Assembly (NCBI GenBank): GCA_964187785.1
Contig: OZ076410.1
Location: 77,562,001 to 77,626,000 of the forward strand
DNA from: Amphiscolops sp. MND2022
Lineage: Eukaryota
Length of the DNA stretch: 64,000 bases
Direction of reading: 5' to 3'
Positions 49,521-61,269 of the stretch are shown here, in pieces. Positions within the stretch are counted from its first letter, which is position 1. Every line of letters starts with the position of its first letter. The notes under the pieces are model-generated. The model did not search any database. It was not told the DNA's origin and worked only from the letters and a program-made list of their open reading frames with translations. A program made the position numbers and the translations under genes.

Positions 49521-50029
49521 TGTGCACCAACGAAAAATATTCGAGACCCTTCTTGAAGTAAGCAATGGTGTCACTTTCATGTTCCAGAAGGATAACGAAG
49601 ACCTTCGCACTGTACCATACGTTGACAAATATACAAGACTCAGACCAGACCATCCTGAGCTTCCCGCGGATGCTCGAGGGCAAATCATCGTACTTTACAG
49701 TCTGAAGAAGAGAACAAAACAAGACCCGACACAAGATCAGCCCCGGAAGTTACTATCATCAATAGAATGACCTGCTCTTTTTGAAACCAGTTGACATTTT
49801 GTCAACTACAATCCGGAACAGCTTGCGCAATGCACTTGCGAACGTGCATGATTGTCATGCAACAGTTTTACAAACATGAGATCCTTTTCAGGGCGCATAA
49901 TGAGTCCCGGAACCAGGGCGTGGGAAAGGGTTAGCAAGGAAACAAGAAAAACACACGTTGCCACGCGTCAAGCGTAATGTGTTTAACCATATCAAACATG
50001 TCAACAAACAAAACATCCCGCTGGGAACC

Positions 50030-50720
50030 CTTCCTTTCCAGAGCAGAGCAACAACATCAAAAACTTCAATGATTTGGTTCATGTTGATCATTTAGAATTT
50101 TGCGAAACCCCGTTGGGAAACAGAGTATTGCTGTTCAATCTCGATCACTTCATGAAATTTACAGAAACAACCATAAGTGCTCAGGATGGGTACGACGCCC
50201 AGACAACAGCCTAAATCATTGTGAGCTAATGATTTGCCAGGCAGGCAGGCACTCCCACTAGAATGCAGTCAGACATTGGAACCAACTTCAGAGACGAAAC
50301 TGCCCAACTATTTATGAAAACCACGAGATAATGGTCTGGCAGAACAACGCAACTAGTCATTGCTCACCCTGCTCTGAGTCTACACCTCTCGCAGGATGCA
50401 AGATTTGGACGATAGACTACAGACGGAGTCTCATGTGCCCACAGTTCCACAAGACACACAAAAACAAGGATTTCACCATAACTGCTCCAGCATGGAGCTT
50501 GAAACCAATACTACTCTCTTGAGTTTGCAGCGCGATGATTCGAGTCCGGCAACAGCTATCTCTCGAACTTGTTCGTAGGAACACACACCAAGCATAGTTG
50601 AGAATGAAACAAAAGTTTGACAAATACCTGAAGGAAAAGGCTCACGCAGTGGTGCCGAGAATTTGTACCCGTAAACTTGTTCGCGCTCGGCGTGGAACTC
50701 ACAAATTGATGGATGTATTA
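50030..50720 (+). pseudogene. pol: Gypsy integrase remnant
   Basis: FNDLVHVDHLEFC..LDHFMKF, PTRMQSDIGTNF. Confidence 0.7.
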
Positions 50721-51501
50721 CAAGAGAGTTGACTGTATATACTGGACGGTGGTCAAATGTTCATTTCGAGTGCCTAATGAAACACGTAATCTCAACATGG
50801 AACGTGGCCTCGCATCAACCCTCTGGATTGGAGCAGAACGTAGCCAATTTTTCGGATCTATATTTGGAGGAAAGCAACGAGGGAATAACGTCGGAAATAT
50901 GTCGACACTCCTTCTTGCCGGAACAACTGCCGTAGGAATCATTTGAGCTAAAGCCAGGCCAGGCCAGTCCCACTTCGCACGTTTCAAATGCGTACCCAGA
51001 CGGCGTTGAACAAGGGATTTATCGTAGGCGACTTACATACCCGTCCGAATCTGAGTCAGATCACGAAATGATTGAACAATCAATAGATTAACCACAACAA
51101 CTTCTAGTCCTCCCCCAATTAGAATACCTTGAACCTTTGGTCTCAGAACAAGAAGACGTCCTACCAGAAGAATTCACACGTAGTCTTTCACCGTCCTTAG
51201 CAGGAATGTCGGCACTACTTCTATCAAACCCAGCACTCACAGTTACGCTTAGTAACTTCCCATTTTTCATTTGCCAAGCTGGGGACCCGATGCAACCGGA
51301 TCCCCCTCAAGAAAACAAGCCCCTGGAGGACCCAAGAGGTAACCGGAGCTAACACAGAGAATGCCACGATCTCTTTATCACCAGCGAGTCAACAAGCAAC
51401 AGAAGAAGACATGGAGATCAGCCCACAAGTTGTAGAAAAAAAGTACTACGTGGCCATGTAGACCAACACCAAGCAGACCAATTACTCGATCAAGAGAAGA
51501 A

Positions 51502-51897
51502 TTAAGAAACCGAACAAGCATCAGAGCTCCGTCGAGAAATTGCAATGACCTTGCCAAGTATTCCTGAGAGCTCATCATTATGGCACTGGGCGAATGACTT
51601 AATCACAAGCACAGCCATATCAGTTGAGACGTAATCGAGCACACGATTTACACGCGGAACCTGCCGTTCCCGTAACATTAGGTGCGTCAACTTAGTCGAG
51701 GAGATAGAACCGGACAGAAGATTGAGCTTAGACACAATAAAGCACCCCAGTGCAAAATCGACACGATTCAGGTCATTAAAAGCGGTAGTGGGTTGAGCTT
51801 TGAGCAGTACATCTGATAGAAATAAAAGTAGAAAAGACATATTCAAGTATAGAACCAGGAGTTGTTCCGCCAGTAGAAACAATATTGAGTTATGCAT
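51502..51897 (-). CDS. Antisense ORF between integrase and PPT of the old Gypsy, product unknown
   Basis: 131-codon ORF with a hydrophobic N-terminus, continued in another frame by 51378-51578. Confidence 0.3.
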   Translation of the reverse strand: MHNSILFLLAEQLLVLYLNMSFLLLFLSDVLLKAQPTTAFNDLNRVDFALGCFIVSKLNLLSGSISSTKLTHLMLRERQVPRVNRVLDYVSTDMAVLVIKSFAQCHNDELSGILGKVIAISRRSSDACSVS

Positions 51898-52164
51898 AGC
51901 TTTTCACCCTCGGTTTGCCCGAAGTACCGTTGCAAGGAAATGACTCGTCACAATGAAAGTGGGTTAGAGTTCCCGCTACCTGCAATCATTCCCTCATTCC
52001 CCGTCTGTGATATTTGAGTAAATAGATCCTGAGGATAGAAAAGTAGAAATTATACGCTATTTTACCGCACTCACATCAAATATGGGACCAGTACGGCATT
52101 ATTTACCCCTGGGAGGAGGAGCTTAAAAAATCAAGGTCACAATGCAGCTGTTCACTGCTATGAT

Positions 52165-53145
52165 TGTTACGACTATTTACCGGAGTTGTTTCAGGAACAG
52201 TCGCAGTGTTGGTTTTTACGGGTGTGGACGTTCTGGCTACGGAAACATTTTCATGATCAGAGTCAGAGTCATGTGTGTTCAGACAAGCTGGTTGCTTTTT
52301 ATTCAGCGGCGCTATTAAATTGAGCATTTCCCTTTGGTTTTCGGCTAATATTTTTGTCTAGTCAGACATGATTTCTTTTCTCAGAGTTGTTTTTAATTCT
52401 TCCAAGTTTTCAGACTCAAGCCTGGGATTTTTGCTAGACCTAGCTATTAGGTTCTCAGTTGAATTATTTCCAGTAATGGAAGTCTCAAAATCACCAGATA
52501 CTAGCTCAGCTACAGTTTTCCTCTTTTGGCTTCCTGTTGTCGTTTCTAAGTTGAAAATTGGAGTCTTTGGAAAAGGATGAATTCTTCAAAGAAAATTTCG
52601 AAGTTTTCGTTGGAATCACGAATAATTGTATCACAAAGCAAAACTAGAGATTAACTGAATTTACATGTTTTCGTTACGTATATATACCTTCTTAGCATCA
52701 TTTGTTCCTCACCTAAAAATTCCTAGGTATCACAAAAATCGAGTTCGTTCATCAAAAAGCGCTAATGATTCAAATTATTTCAGTCCCGCGTCATAAAATC
52801 AGGTATCAAAACTCCTTGTCACGTCGTTATTCCGTAAAACTTCGTTGAAATCAGTTTTGTTCAGGCGATCCATTTCCTGTCTGAGTCTCAAAATTGCGGC
52901 AAAATAAAAGTCTAACTTTTATTTTCATCGGCGTAGGCACGCCGGCGTGATCGATTAGTCAATTTCCAATTTGAGAAGTTGAAATTCGGAGTAAAAAAAA
53001 TGACACCCAAAAAATAGCGGCGGGAAATGAACGGAGTGCAGGATTTCAAAATTGGGAATTTCCAGACTATTAAAATGGAAACAAATTATGCTAAGAGACA
53101 CTTCATGAATTATTGAAAATTGAGGAGTTACTACGAACTTTTACA
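52165..53145 (-). mobile_element. Solo LTR (981 bp) nested in the 3' LTR of the old Gypsy
   Basis: Minus-strand termini TGTAA...TAACA; perfect 5-bp TSD ATGAT at 52160-52164 and 53146-53150. Removing it restores similarity to the 5' LTR remnant at 45441-45486. Confidence 0.88.
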
Positions 53146-53716
53146 ATGATATAACGTGACCCAGAACAATTAACTACACTAACAACATGGTATTGCAAAA
53201 CTAGGTGTTTAAGCATCAGAATCACGAAAGTGCTCCGTACAACAGAATTCAATTTATAAACAACGCACACAACAGCTCAAATACAAAAAGTTGGTAAAAC
53301 GTACAAAACACTGCATTAAAAGGTTTGAGGAGGACAGGGGAAACAACTCGACAATCATCACCTCATTGTGTTACTTACAAAATTAGCACCCAGACTTCAA
53401 AGCACTAAATATTTAACTATTGACGTTGTCTTTACGGTGCATTTCTGTACTTTATACTGATCAACAACCTGTAAGCTACAGCTATTATATGTTCTGTAAC
53501 AAAAATACACACGACGTAAGACAAACGTGGATTTTGGTGAGCACCAGCATGAATCTTGTACAATATTGGTGTCATCTTCAGCTTCATAATTCTTTCTTAC
53601 AGTACAACTATTCCTATGTAAATTCTTATTTCTAAAGTCCTTTTAGGTGCGTCGGTTCAGAAAAACTTCGTTTGAATTCCATTTAAATCAATGCCTCTTT
53701 GTTACTATTTTAGAAA

Positions 53717-53839
53717 TTGCTCCGTAAATGCTCCGTACGTATTAAGATTAGTTATAGTTGAGCGGTGGAATGCGATCTTACAATTTGCTCCGTAGTTGCT
53801 CCGTACGTATTAAGATTAGTTATAGCCAAGCAGCGGTGG
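53717..53839. repeat. Two-copy direct repeat, 68-bp period
   Basis: TTGCTCCGTA..TGCTCCGTACGTATTAAGATTAGTTATAG at 53717 and 53785. Confidence 0.85.
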
Positions 53840-55287
53840 CTGGCGGAGTTAAAGTGGAGAGCGTAGGCGAATTCATTCTTTCCTTCAACTAATTGGCGTT
53901 GCTAGGGGCAACCAAGCGTGGTTTCTATTAGCTCGAGCTCAAATAATTCAATTAAGGAGCGACGCTATTGGTCCGTAAAAATAGAAACACCCATTGCCAG
54001 CCTTGTTGAGTGACGCAGTCAAAGCGTTGTAAACATTCTCTTAAGTTGCTTGATTGCGTTCTTAAGTGAATTTTGACAACCGTTTAATCGCCGGAAAACA
54101 ATTCCACTATTCTGTCTGTATGTTCTTTCATTTTAGATCGTATATACTCCGTTGGGATCTCGGAGTTGAATATTATTTCCGATGTTTTCATTTTAGTGTG
54201 GAACGGAAGAAAAAATGATCCCGATTAGAGAATGTTTCTGTCTCAATTTTTAGATTAGTTTGACAAAATTCAGACGACGATACCGGAAATGAGAGTAGCG
54301 TTACGCGTGAAAATATTTAACCGGAAGTTTTAGTTAGTTTAGAGTCATTTCTGAAAATATTCCGTAACGCTTTCGTTAGATTCTGTATCCGGAAAATTAT
54401 CTGTAATTGTTTAGTTGTACTGTAAGTAGAATTTGATTAATTAAGTAAAGTTTAAAGGTATTTACTTTGTCCTTGGCAACGTCCCCTGCCGAATCCCGGT
54501 ATCCCAGAGCAGCAAGTGAAATTACGACCGGGAGCGGGTCGCGACAATGATCTTGCTCGACTACAGATATCACTCGTATTTGATAGTCTGAATAGGTTGA
54601 TACCGATCAAACTGAAGATACCAAGCTACTCTAATTTGCTTTTGTAGTACAATACATTATCATAGAGTTAGTGTGATTTCCAGGAAGTGATGTTTTTTTT
54701 TCAATCGGCGTCTTTGAGAAGTGGAAGACTCTGAAATTTGTAATTTTTTCTTCGGTCACCATGAAACGTCCACTTTTATGGTTTTAATTTTTTTCGCTTA
54801 ACCTACATTTACGCCTAAGTTGTAAAGAATGCCCACGGACCCCAAGGAGCCTAAAAAGTGTTTCGTAGTACTTACCGTTTCTTCGAAACTGTTTGAGAGC
54901 AAAGGGTCGCTTCTCAGTGTTTTCTTCCGAGACTATGCGACTTTTTCGAAGTTTTTAGTTTTTCACTGGAATGTCAACGTTCAATTTTTCATGTTTTCAG
55001 TTAGAGCAGTACGTTTCGAAAGCATGAAGTGTCCCAAAGAACGTGAAATATTTTCTATAATTTTTTTAATTAGCTTTTTTTGATGATTTCTGCTAACGAA
55101 ATTTGCTTTAGAGGTCTTCCTTTGGTTTTATCGGCTCTCCTATTTTTGTGAGATTGCATTTTGAAAAACTCTGAGCATTTGTTATTTGCGATTTGCTATT
55201 TGAGCACAATAACTTCGCGGTTTTTGAGCCTTAAGCGGGCGCCGACTTCAGACATTTGCGCATTGTTCACAGTCATCCTTACTGTTC

Positions 55288-56190
55288 TAGGGTATGCGGA
55301 AAACTCGTCCAAAACAACTCGTCTAAGCAACAGTCGAAATTGAAAACGGAGAACTGGTCGAAAATTAAATTGTCGCATAATAATTGAGTACAAACTCGTC
55401 GAATAATTACAGATTACCCAAAAGGACTACACTAGGGCTGTGCAATTCAACGACCGAACTCTGTATTTTTTTTATAAAACAGAATCTTTTTGTCAAATTG
55501 CAGATTATTGAACAGAAAGCCATCAATTATTTGGGATTTTTTCATTAAAGAAGACGGAGAGAAAGCGAAGTGCAACACTTGTCAGACCCTGATTTCTTGC
55601 ACGAAAAGGAACACTACAAATGCGAAAAATCATCTTCAGAGCCAACACAAAATAATGTTTAAAGAATATAAAACAAACGTGAAGTTTTTACTTGGAATAC
55701 CAGCAACAGCGGTTCCTAGTGAACGACATTGGTCCGATTCAGGCAACATTATCACTACCCGAAGAGAATCCCTAAACCCAGAAACTTTCCGCGGATTTGT
55801 TTTTTGAGAAGTTGCTTTAAGTAAATTGTTCAAAAATGAAGTTGAAATTTACTGTTTTGTTCACATATTTTTAGTCGGCGCTTCATGAAGTGAAACGCGA
55901 CTATTATAGTGACTCTTTTTTTTCAATCCACACGAACTGACCACAATAGTTCTTAAAATGTTTCGTTTTATAGTTTGCAACGAAATACGTGGTGAAAATT
56001 AGAACTTCGTAACAGTACAATCACAAAATTAAGAATAATTTTGGCTGAGATTGTTTGTGCTTGCGACGAGTTTTCCGCAGGAGAATTTTCTGCGAGTTGC
56101 TTTTCGACGAGTTTTCCTCTTAGTTTTCTCGGCCAGTTGTTTTCGGCGAGTTGTTTTTTCGACAAGTTGTTCTCGACGAGTTTTCCTAGA
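55288..56190 (+). mobile_element. Internally deleted hAT-type element with inverted subterminal repeat arrays
   Basis: AAAACTCGTC-type array at 55298-55405 and inverted GACGAGTTTT array at 56065-56190; TAGGG starts at about 55288 and 55433; no clean TSD found. Confidence 0.6.
55490..55807 (+). pseudogene. BED zinc finger fused in frame to the hAT C-terminal dimerisation motif
   Basis: IWDFF..AKCNTC..NTTNAKNHLQSQH, then FLLGIPATAVPSERHWSDSGNIITTRRESLNPET. Catalytic core absent; TTG start only. Confidence 0.85.
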
Positions 56191-56761
56191 TTCTGTTTTA
56201 GGAACTTGCCAAGCTGCAAGTACACGCTACATGAAACGTGCGTTGCAGGTGTTAATGGAATGTTTGATTGTCGTTAGAATAGTTTTACTACATACTTCAT
56301 TTTGGAAGACAGTGCAGCTACCTTTTTACTCAATTTTATAAATTAAGAGAACTGTCATCGAAGTTTTTCAAAACTTTGGCTTCAGAAGCTGACGAAAAGA
56401 AACACCGATGTTCCTAGAAACTAAACAACATCATATACGGTTCTTTTTTTCATGTATTGTATATCTTTGTGGGTGACAGAAAACATTTTCTTACCTGAAA
56501 ACATTGGAATTTTTTTTAAAGTTTCACTGAACGTTTGTAATGCACCAATTAGTGTTGGAGTCCTGGTCTGGGTCAAAAACAACGTAAGTTGGACTCTCCA
56601 ACTGGCCTAGATTTCAGGAACAGGATTCAATATAAGAAGAGATATCGAGACAATTTATTTTCATTTTCATGTAGATGTCAAGCAGTAGTGTATGAAATTA
56701 GTTTACTGAGTTTGAAGAGGTAATCAAAACAACCTCAACATTCGAATCATTTCCAAGAACC

Positions 56762-57071
56762 TAAAATTAGGTCTCCGGGCAACACACAATCGGCACGAGG
56801 CTTTAAGTTTGTTGTAATTTCCAAGGGGTTTGAGGGACGTGGTTGTGACTTGAAAACAATTCTCTTCATCTTTTGCCAAAGAATTGATTTTGAAATTTTT
56901 GAGAACAATATTTTCATGAAAATATTGTTCTCAAAAATTTCAAAATCAATTCTTTGGCAAAAGATGAAGAGAATTGTTTTCAAGTCACAACCACGTCCCT
57001 CAAACCCCTTGGAAATTACAACAAACTTAAAGCCTCGTGCCGATTGTGTGTTGCTCGGAGACCTAATTTTA
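56762..57071. repeat. Spacerless 310-bp palindrome (155-bp arms, one mismatch)
   Basis: Centre TTTTCA|TGAAAA at 56916/56917; only mismatch is CTCCGGGCAAC vs CTCCGAGCAAC; TA at both outer ends. Confidence 0.97.
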
Positions 57072-57280
57072 TATTTTCACTAAAATGGGATTTCTCGATT
57101 CAAAAAATTGTCTCTGAATTTCGTATCATTGCATCAAATAAAGAGCCGAGTACTTGAAAGAATGTAAAAAAGAATACCAAGTTGCGATTGCTGCTGCTCA
57201 TTTGTTGAACTTTTATTTTAGAAGACGATGAACTGTAATCACGATTTAAATATCATTTAATTGCTCAACTTGACCAGCGT

Positions 57281-57733
57281 GTTTCGACGACAACAACTAA
57301 ATTTCAGATGAAGCCATGGCAATGACTCTTTAGCTCATTTTTTGAACCAAATTAATTTTAATCGAACCTTATCAAATTAGTTTGACGTCAGAAGCCGAAC
57401 AAATGAAACACCGAGGCTCCATCTTCTAAACTCACCAACACCACACACTTCTTTCTTTTGTACACAGTGAGGCGTTTGTCATCTCAACTAATTTGCATGT
57501 CTTAGAAAATTAATTCAGCTCTTTGTAGTCCAACTGCATACTTCACTTAAAAAGACAATGAACTCTAGTTACAATATCATTCTCGTTCGACAGCTCATTT
57601 GTATCTGCATGTTTTGACGACAACCACTCGTTTTCAGATGAAGCCATGGCAATGACTCTTTAACTCATTTTTTGAACCAAATTAATTTTAATCGAACCTT
57701 TTCAAAATTAGTTAGATGTCAGAAGCTGAACAA
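57281..57733. repeat. Direct repeat of about 122 bp with a 330-bp period
   Basis: GACGACAAC..TTTCAGATGAAGCCATGGCAATGACTCTTT..GAACAA at 57281-57402 and 57611-57733. Confidence 0.88.
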
Positions 57734-60077
57734 GACGCCCGAAAAGCACCGGGATTTTTTCCGCGAAGAAATGTCAATCTCCAACCAGTGTTCAAAGTAA
57801 CAACCTCCTGTCTGCAAGGTGAATGCACTTCCAACTGTGCCTCGGTGACTAAAACATCCACATACCACATACTATGAGGAGTGATAAAGTGGTGATTTGC
57901 CAGAATTTAAAAAAAATAAGCGCTATACAGATGGTGATTTTTCATCCGTTACACAAAAAATTTTGGTGCGGAAAATGATAAATTCAAAATTGCAATCAGT
58001 CAAAATTTTCGAGTGTGCGAATATTGCGAAAATTAACTCCACTCTCCATTCATCAGAATCGAAGAAGCATGTTATGCAGTCTAAATAAATGAAATTACCC
58101 ATTGTACGATTTGTCTTGATGCGATATGATAGTGATTCTAGAAGAAGAAGCACCATACAGCAAAGTCGAACAATTCAAAAACTGCAGTGGTTTTCAAAAA
58201 TTGGTGATAAAAAGTTTTCCAGACTTTTTTCTAATGTAGAAACAATCTGTTAGAAAATTATTCAATGGAATTTTTAGAAGTTACGATAACCCATTTTAAA
58301 CCAAAGTTTTTAAAAAGTTTTGTTTACTTTTGGTCAAAAATATTGAGAAACCTAATGTTCAATCGTCCCTCCTGAGTTTACCGAAGTTTATGGTTTCGAA
58401 ATCATTGTAAGATCCCTGAAAATAGGCTGTATAGTAAATTAGGCTTTTTCAAAATGACATGTATTAAAACACACTTTTTAAATTCAACAACCTAAAACAA
58501 GCTCATATCAAAACTGATTATTTCCTATGTCATCGTCTTGTCAATCATCTTGTCAGATTCGAAATGTTCGATGACATTTTTATGTCAATTTTTTTAATAT
58601 CAAAAAGTGTATGTGGGTCGAAGTTTTTTTTTAATAACGTAAAAATGAAGTTTTGGAATTAACTCTCGACCAATAAGATGAAAATTTTCATTAGCCTTCG
58701 TTCAGCGTGCATCGGAAAGGGTATACACCGGGTGCGAGTTAGATTTTTCGTTACCTTTATTTTTGCTATTTTGATCGTTTCGAACGTTTCAATAGAAAAC
58801 TCACTATTCGAAAGTCTTCATCTGTAGAACTCGAAGTAAAAATCCCCGCCAGCATGGTTAGGTCACCATTTTCCTACTGATAGTTTCACATTGAATCTAT
58901 ATACAAATTAAATGTTAACTCGATGTGACTAAATGTACCTATCTACCAAGTTGACATGAGAAGCATAATACTTTTCAACATCGTTAACTCGTTGTACATT
59001 GTTTGTCGTCAGAACGTGGGATAGGCAGAAAGATGAGTTCCATTGACGAATTGTTTTTCGACGTGTTTTTTGCAAACATCTTTGTTTGAAGTGTTTTTTA
59101 TCGGAAGGGTATGAAGTTGTAAGTTGTACGTACGGTCCCTGATCCGTACATTCTCATATATCGAAAGTAGATCTAAAATCTTTCTTTGATAAAGTGATTT
59201 CAGACCAACCCCGCCTATTACTGGGACCCTGATGGCCAGCGGATGTACCTGCATAATTTTCTTCTGAAAGCCAACTGCTGACTGACTACATTCTGAATCT
59301 CTGAAATCACCCTGCTGTTTATGACAGCAAGTTGCTCTATTTATTCCAATGTGCATTACACTCATCTTTGATTCCATCTCTTGAGAGACCCTAAAGGTCT
59401 TTTCGTTTGACAATATTTCCATCTTTCCATCGGAGTCTAGCGGGCTTAGAGGTCAAATGTCATTTTCCAGGTTTCTACTTTCATTTTATTAGGATGTGTT
59501 TTCCTTAGGATTACAGTTGGTTCCATAGTCCTCTTGACTGACTGGTCCGTTCATTATAATATTTAAACTCTCTCTCTCTCAATTGAAGTTGAGTTGTTTT
59601 CTCTTTATAGCCATGTTTTCGAGGTCAGACAGAAAATCCGTCTTGCTCTAGCATTTTGTCTTCTTGCTGAAGGCATCGAAAAGGATAATATGAAGGAATG
59701 AAAGGAGAATATATAAAATAGTTCTTCTATTCAGGTGAACAACTTTCGCGAGGTCCAACAGTCAATTTTGTGATATGCACAGCAACAAAAAATTCAATTG
59801 TGTCACCATTTTTCCAACTGGGTCTTTTATACCCCTAGGGGAATGGCACTTCAATTTTAATTAGTCATGCTTCTTTTTTAAGCACCTGTTGATCTGTCGA
59901 TAGCAAAGCTTAATGCGTCATGTGAATAACTAAAGTACAAAAGGGGTCGGGTTATCTTTGTTTAGATGACCGGGTTAGGCTCAGTAACTATTAGATGTTG
60001 GGGGGAAAGAACCTGTTAGTCCCGTTTACAACAGCGTACATGTACAGTCAGCAATACAACAGCAAGCGTACAAAAAC

Positions 60078-60531
60078 GGAAGTAGTCTAACAAGCAGACC
60101 GTCTATTAAGCAGACTACTCAAAAAGCAGAAAATTTAATCAAGCAGTAATTGTTTGAACAATCAGAAGTAAGAATCACAAATCAATGAAATGAGTGCTGA
60201 TACAGCCAATATATATGGAACTTGATTTATTTGAAGAAGTTAACATATTTTTTTGTATGGCTCGGTCGCTTCGCTCCCTTCGCCAAGTAGCAACATTGAG
60301 GCATGGCCATATGGCACGTCGTTTCGCTTCGCTTCGCTTCGCTCCTGCATTTAGGGGACTAGGGGTATGTGAACATAGCTGACTACGTTATAATAATAGT
60401 TCTATTGACTGCTAATCTGACGCACTTATTTAGTCGTAATCTGAGCTTTCAACCAGTAGGAATAAAGTCTGCCCATCAGCACGAATATTACTTTTATGCT
60501 ATTTGACTGGTCTGCTTGTTAGACGCACTCC
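60078..60531. mobile_element. Mutator/MULE-type MITE carrying a nested short repeat (60248-60392)
   Basis: 9-bp TSD TACAAAAAC at 60069-60077 and 60532-60540; GG..CC ends; perfect 16-bp inverted repeat GTCTAACAAGCAGACC at 60085-60100 and 60509-60524. Confidence 0.85.
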
Positions 60532-61269
60532 TACAAAAACATCACCTGGGGGTATGCCAGTTTTAATGCCCGTCCGTTGCGCGTAGGCCAAATGCCCGTC
60601 GGCAACTAGAAAATGCCCGTCCGTAGGAAACCTGGCCAGTAAACTAGATGCTTTCATTTCAATTTCTGATTTGTTTACATTAATTTGTTCACACAGCTGC
60701 GGCGTGGCATGCATACCCAGCTTCCTCTTTACTGCGTTACTTTCATTTCATCTCTCATTTTACACTGTGTACACATACTAAAAACTGTTTTTTTAACTCG
60801 CCAGTCTGTGTATTGTCATATTATTGCGTTGTTAATTTCCAAAAATGTCAAGTTTTGATTTGACCGATAATCAAAGTGCTTTTAAAAATCGTTACCAGGC
60901 AATGTTACTTGTGGTTCCTTTTTTGAATTTACAAACGGGAAAGCGAATTGTAAACAATGTAATGTCAGCTATATATATATAAAGCCCAAACAAGAAGAAC
61001 GAACAGTCTCAAACGACATTTGAGTCAGAAACATCCTCATGCTTTAATTGTCAAATTGTCAAGATCGTTCGTTTGCTGTTGAGATGATTGTGTTGGAAGT
61101 TAGAACAAAATCTTTCGGAAATGTACAGAAATTGCATCAAAAATGACAATAATTTCAATGTATTTGACAATTCAGGTCAATGCGAGGCGTTTTCTTTTAC
61201 AAATTGAACATATCTCGTAACAAAAGCTCACCGAAACCACAAGTGTACCCAAGTTTTTGGCGTTTTAAC

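Larger units (their letters stand above)
45441..53163 (+). mobile_element. Old, highly decayed Ty3/Gypsy element lacking the RT core
   Basis: PBS-like GCGCCCAACG 45487-45496 after ..ACTCA; gag-like 47300-47600; protease-like DFWLGRNIL about 48185; RT N-terminus fused directly to the RT connection at about 49015; RNase H; integrase; PPT GGGAGGAGGAG 52111-52121; short LTR remnants similar at both ends. Confidence 0.78.

Noticed and set aside
54260-54500. Promoter (CCGGAA ETS-like motifs) or a BEL/Pao LTR-PBS at TTGTCCTTGGCAAC
   Set aside because: No downstream ORF, partner LTR or TSD found.
56747-57083. Two identical 77-78 aa ORFs on opposite strands
   Set aside because: Direct consequence of the palindrome.
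59009-59650. Host gene exon(s) on the minus strand
   Set aside because: Candidate splice sites give stops in all frames; FKYYNERTSQSRGLWNQL only weakly recalls a LINE ORF2 linker. Too weak to annotate.
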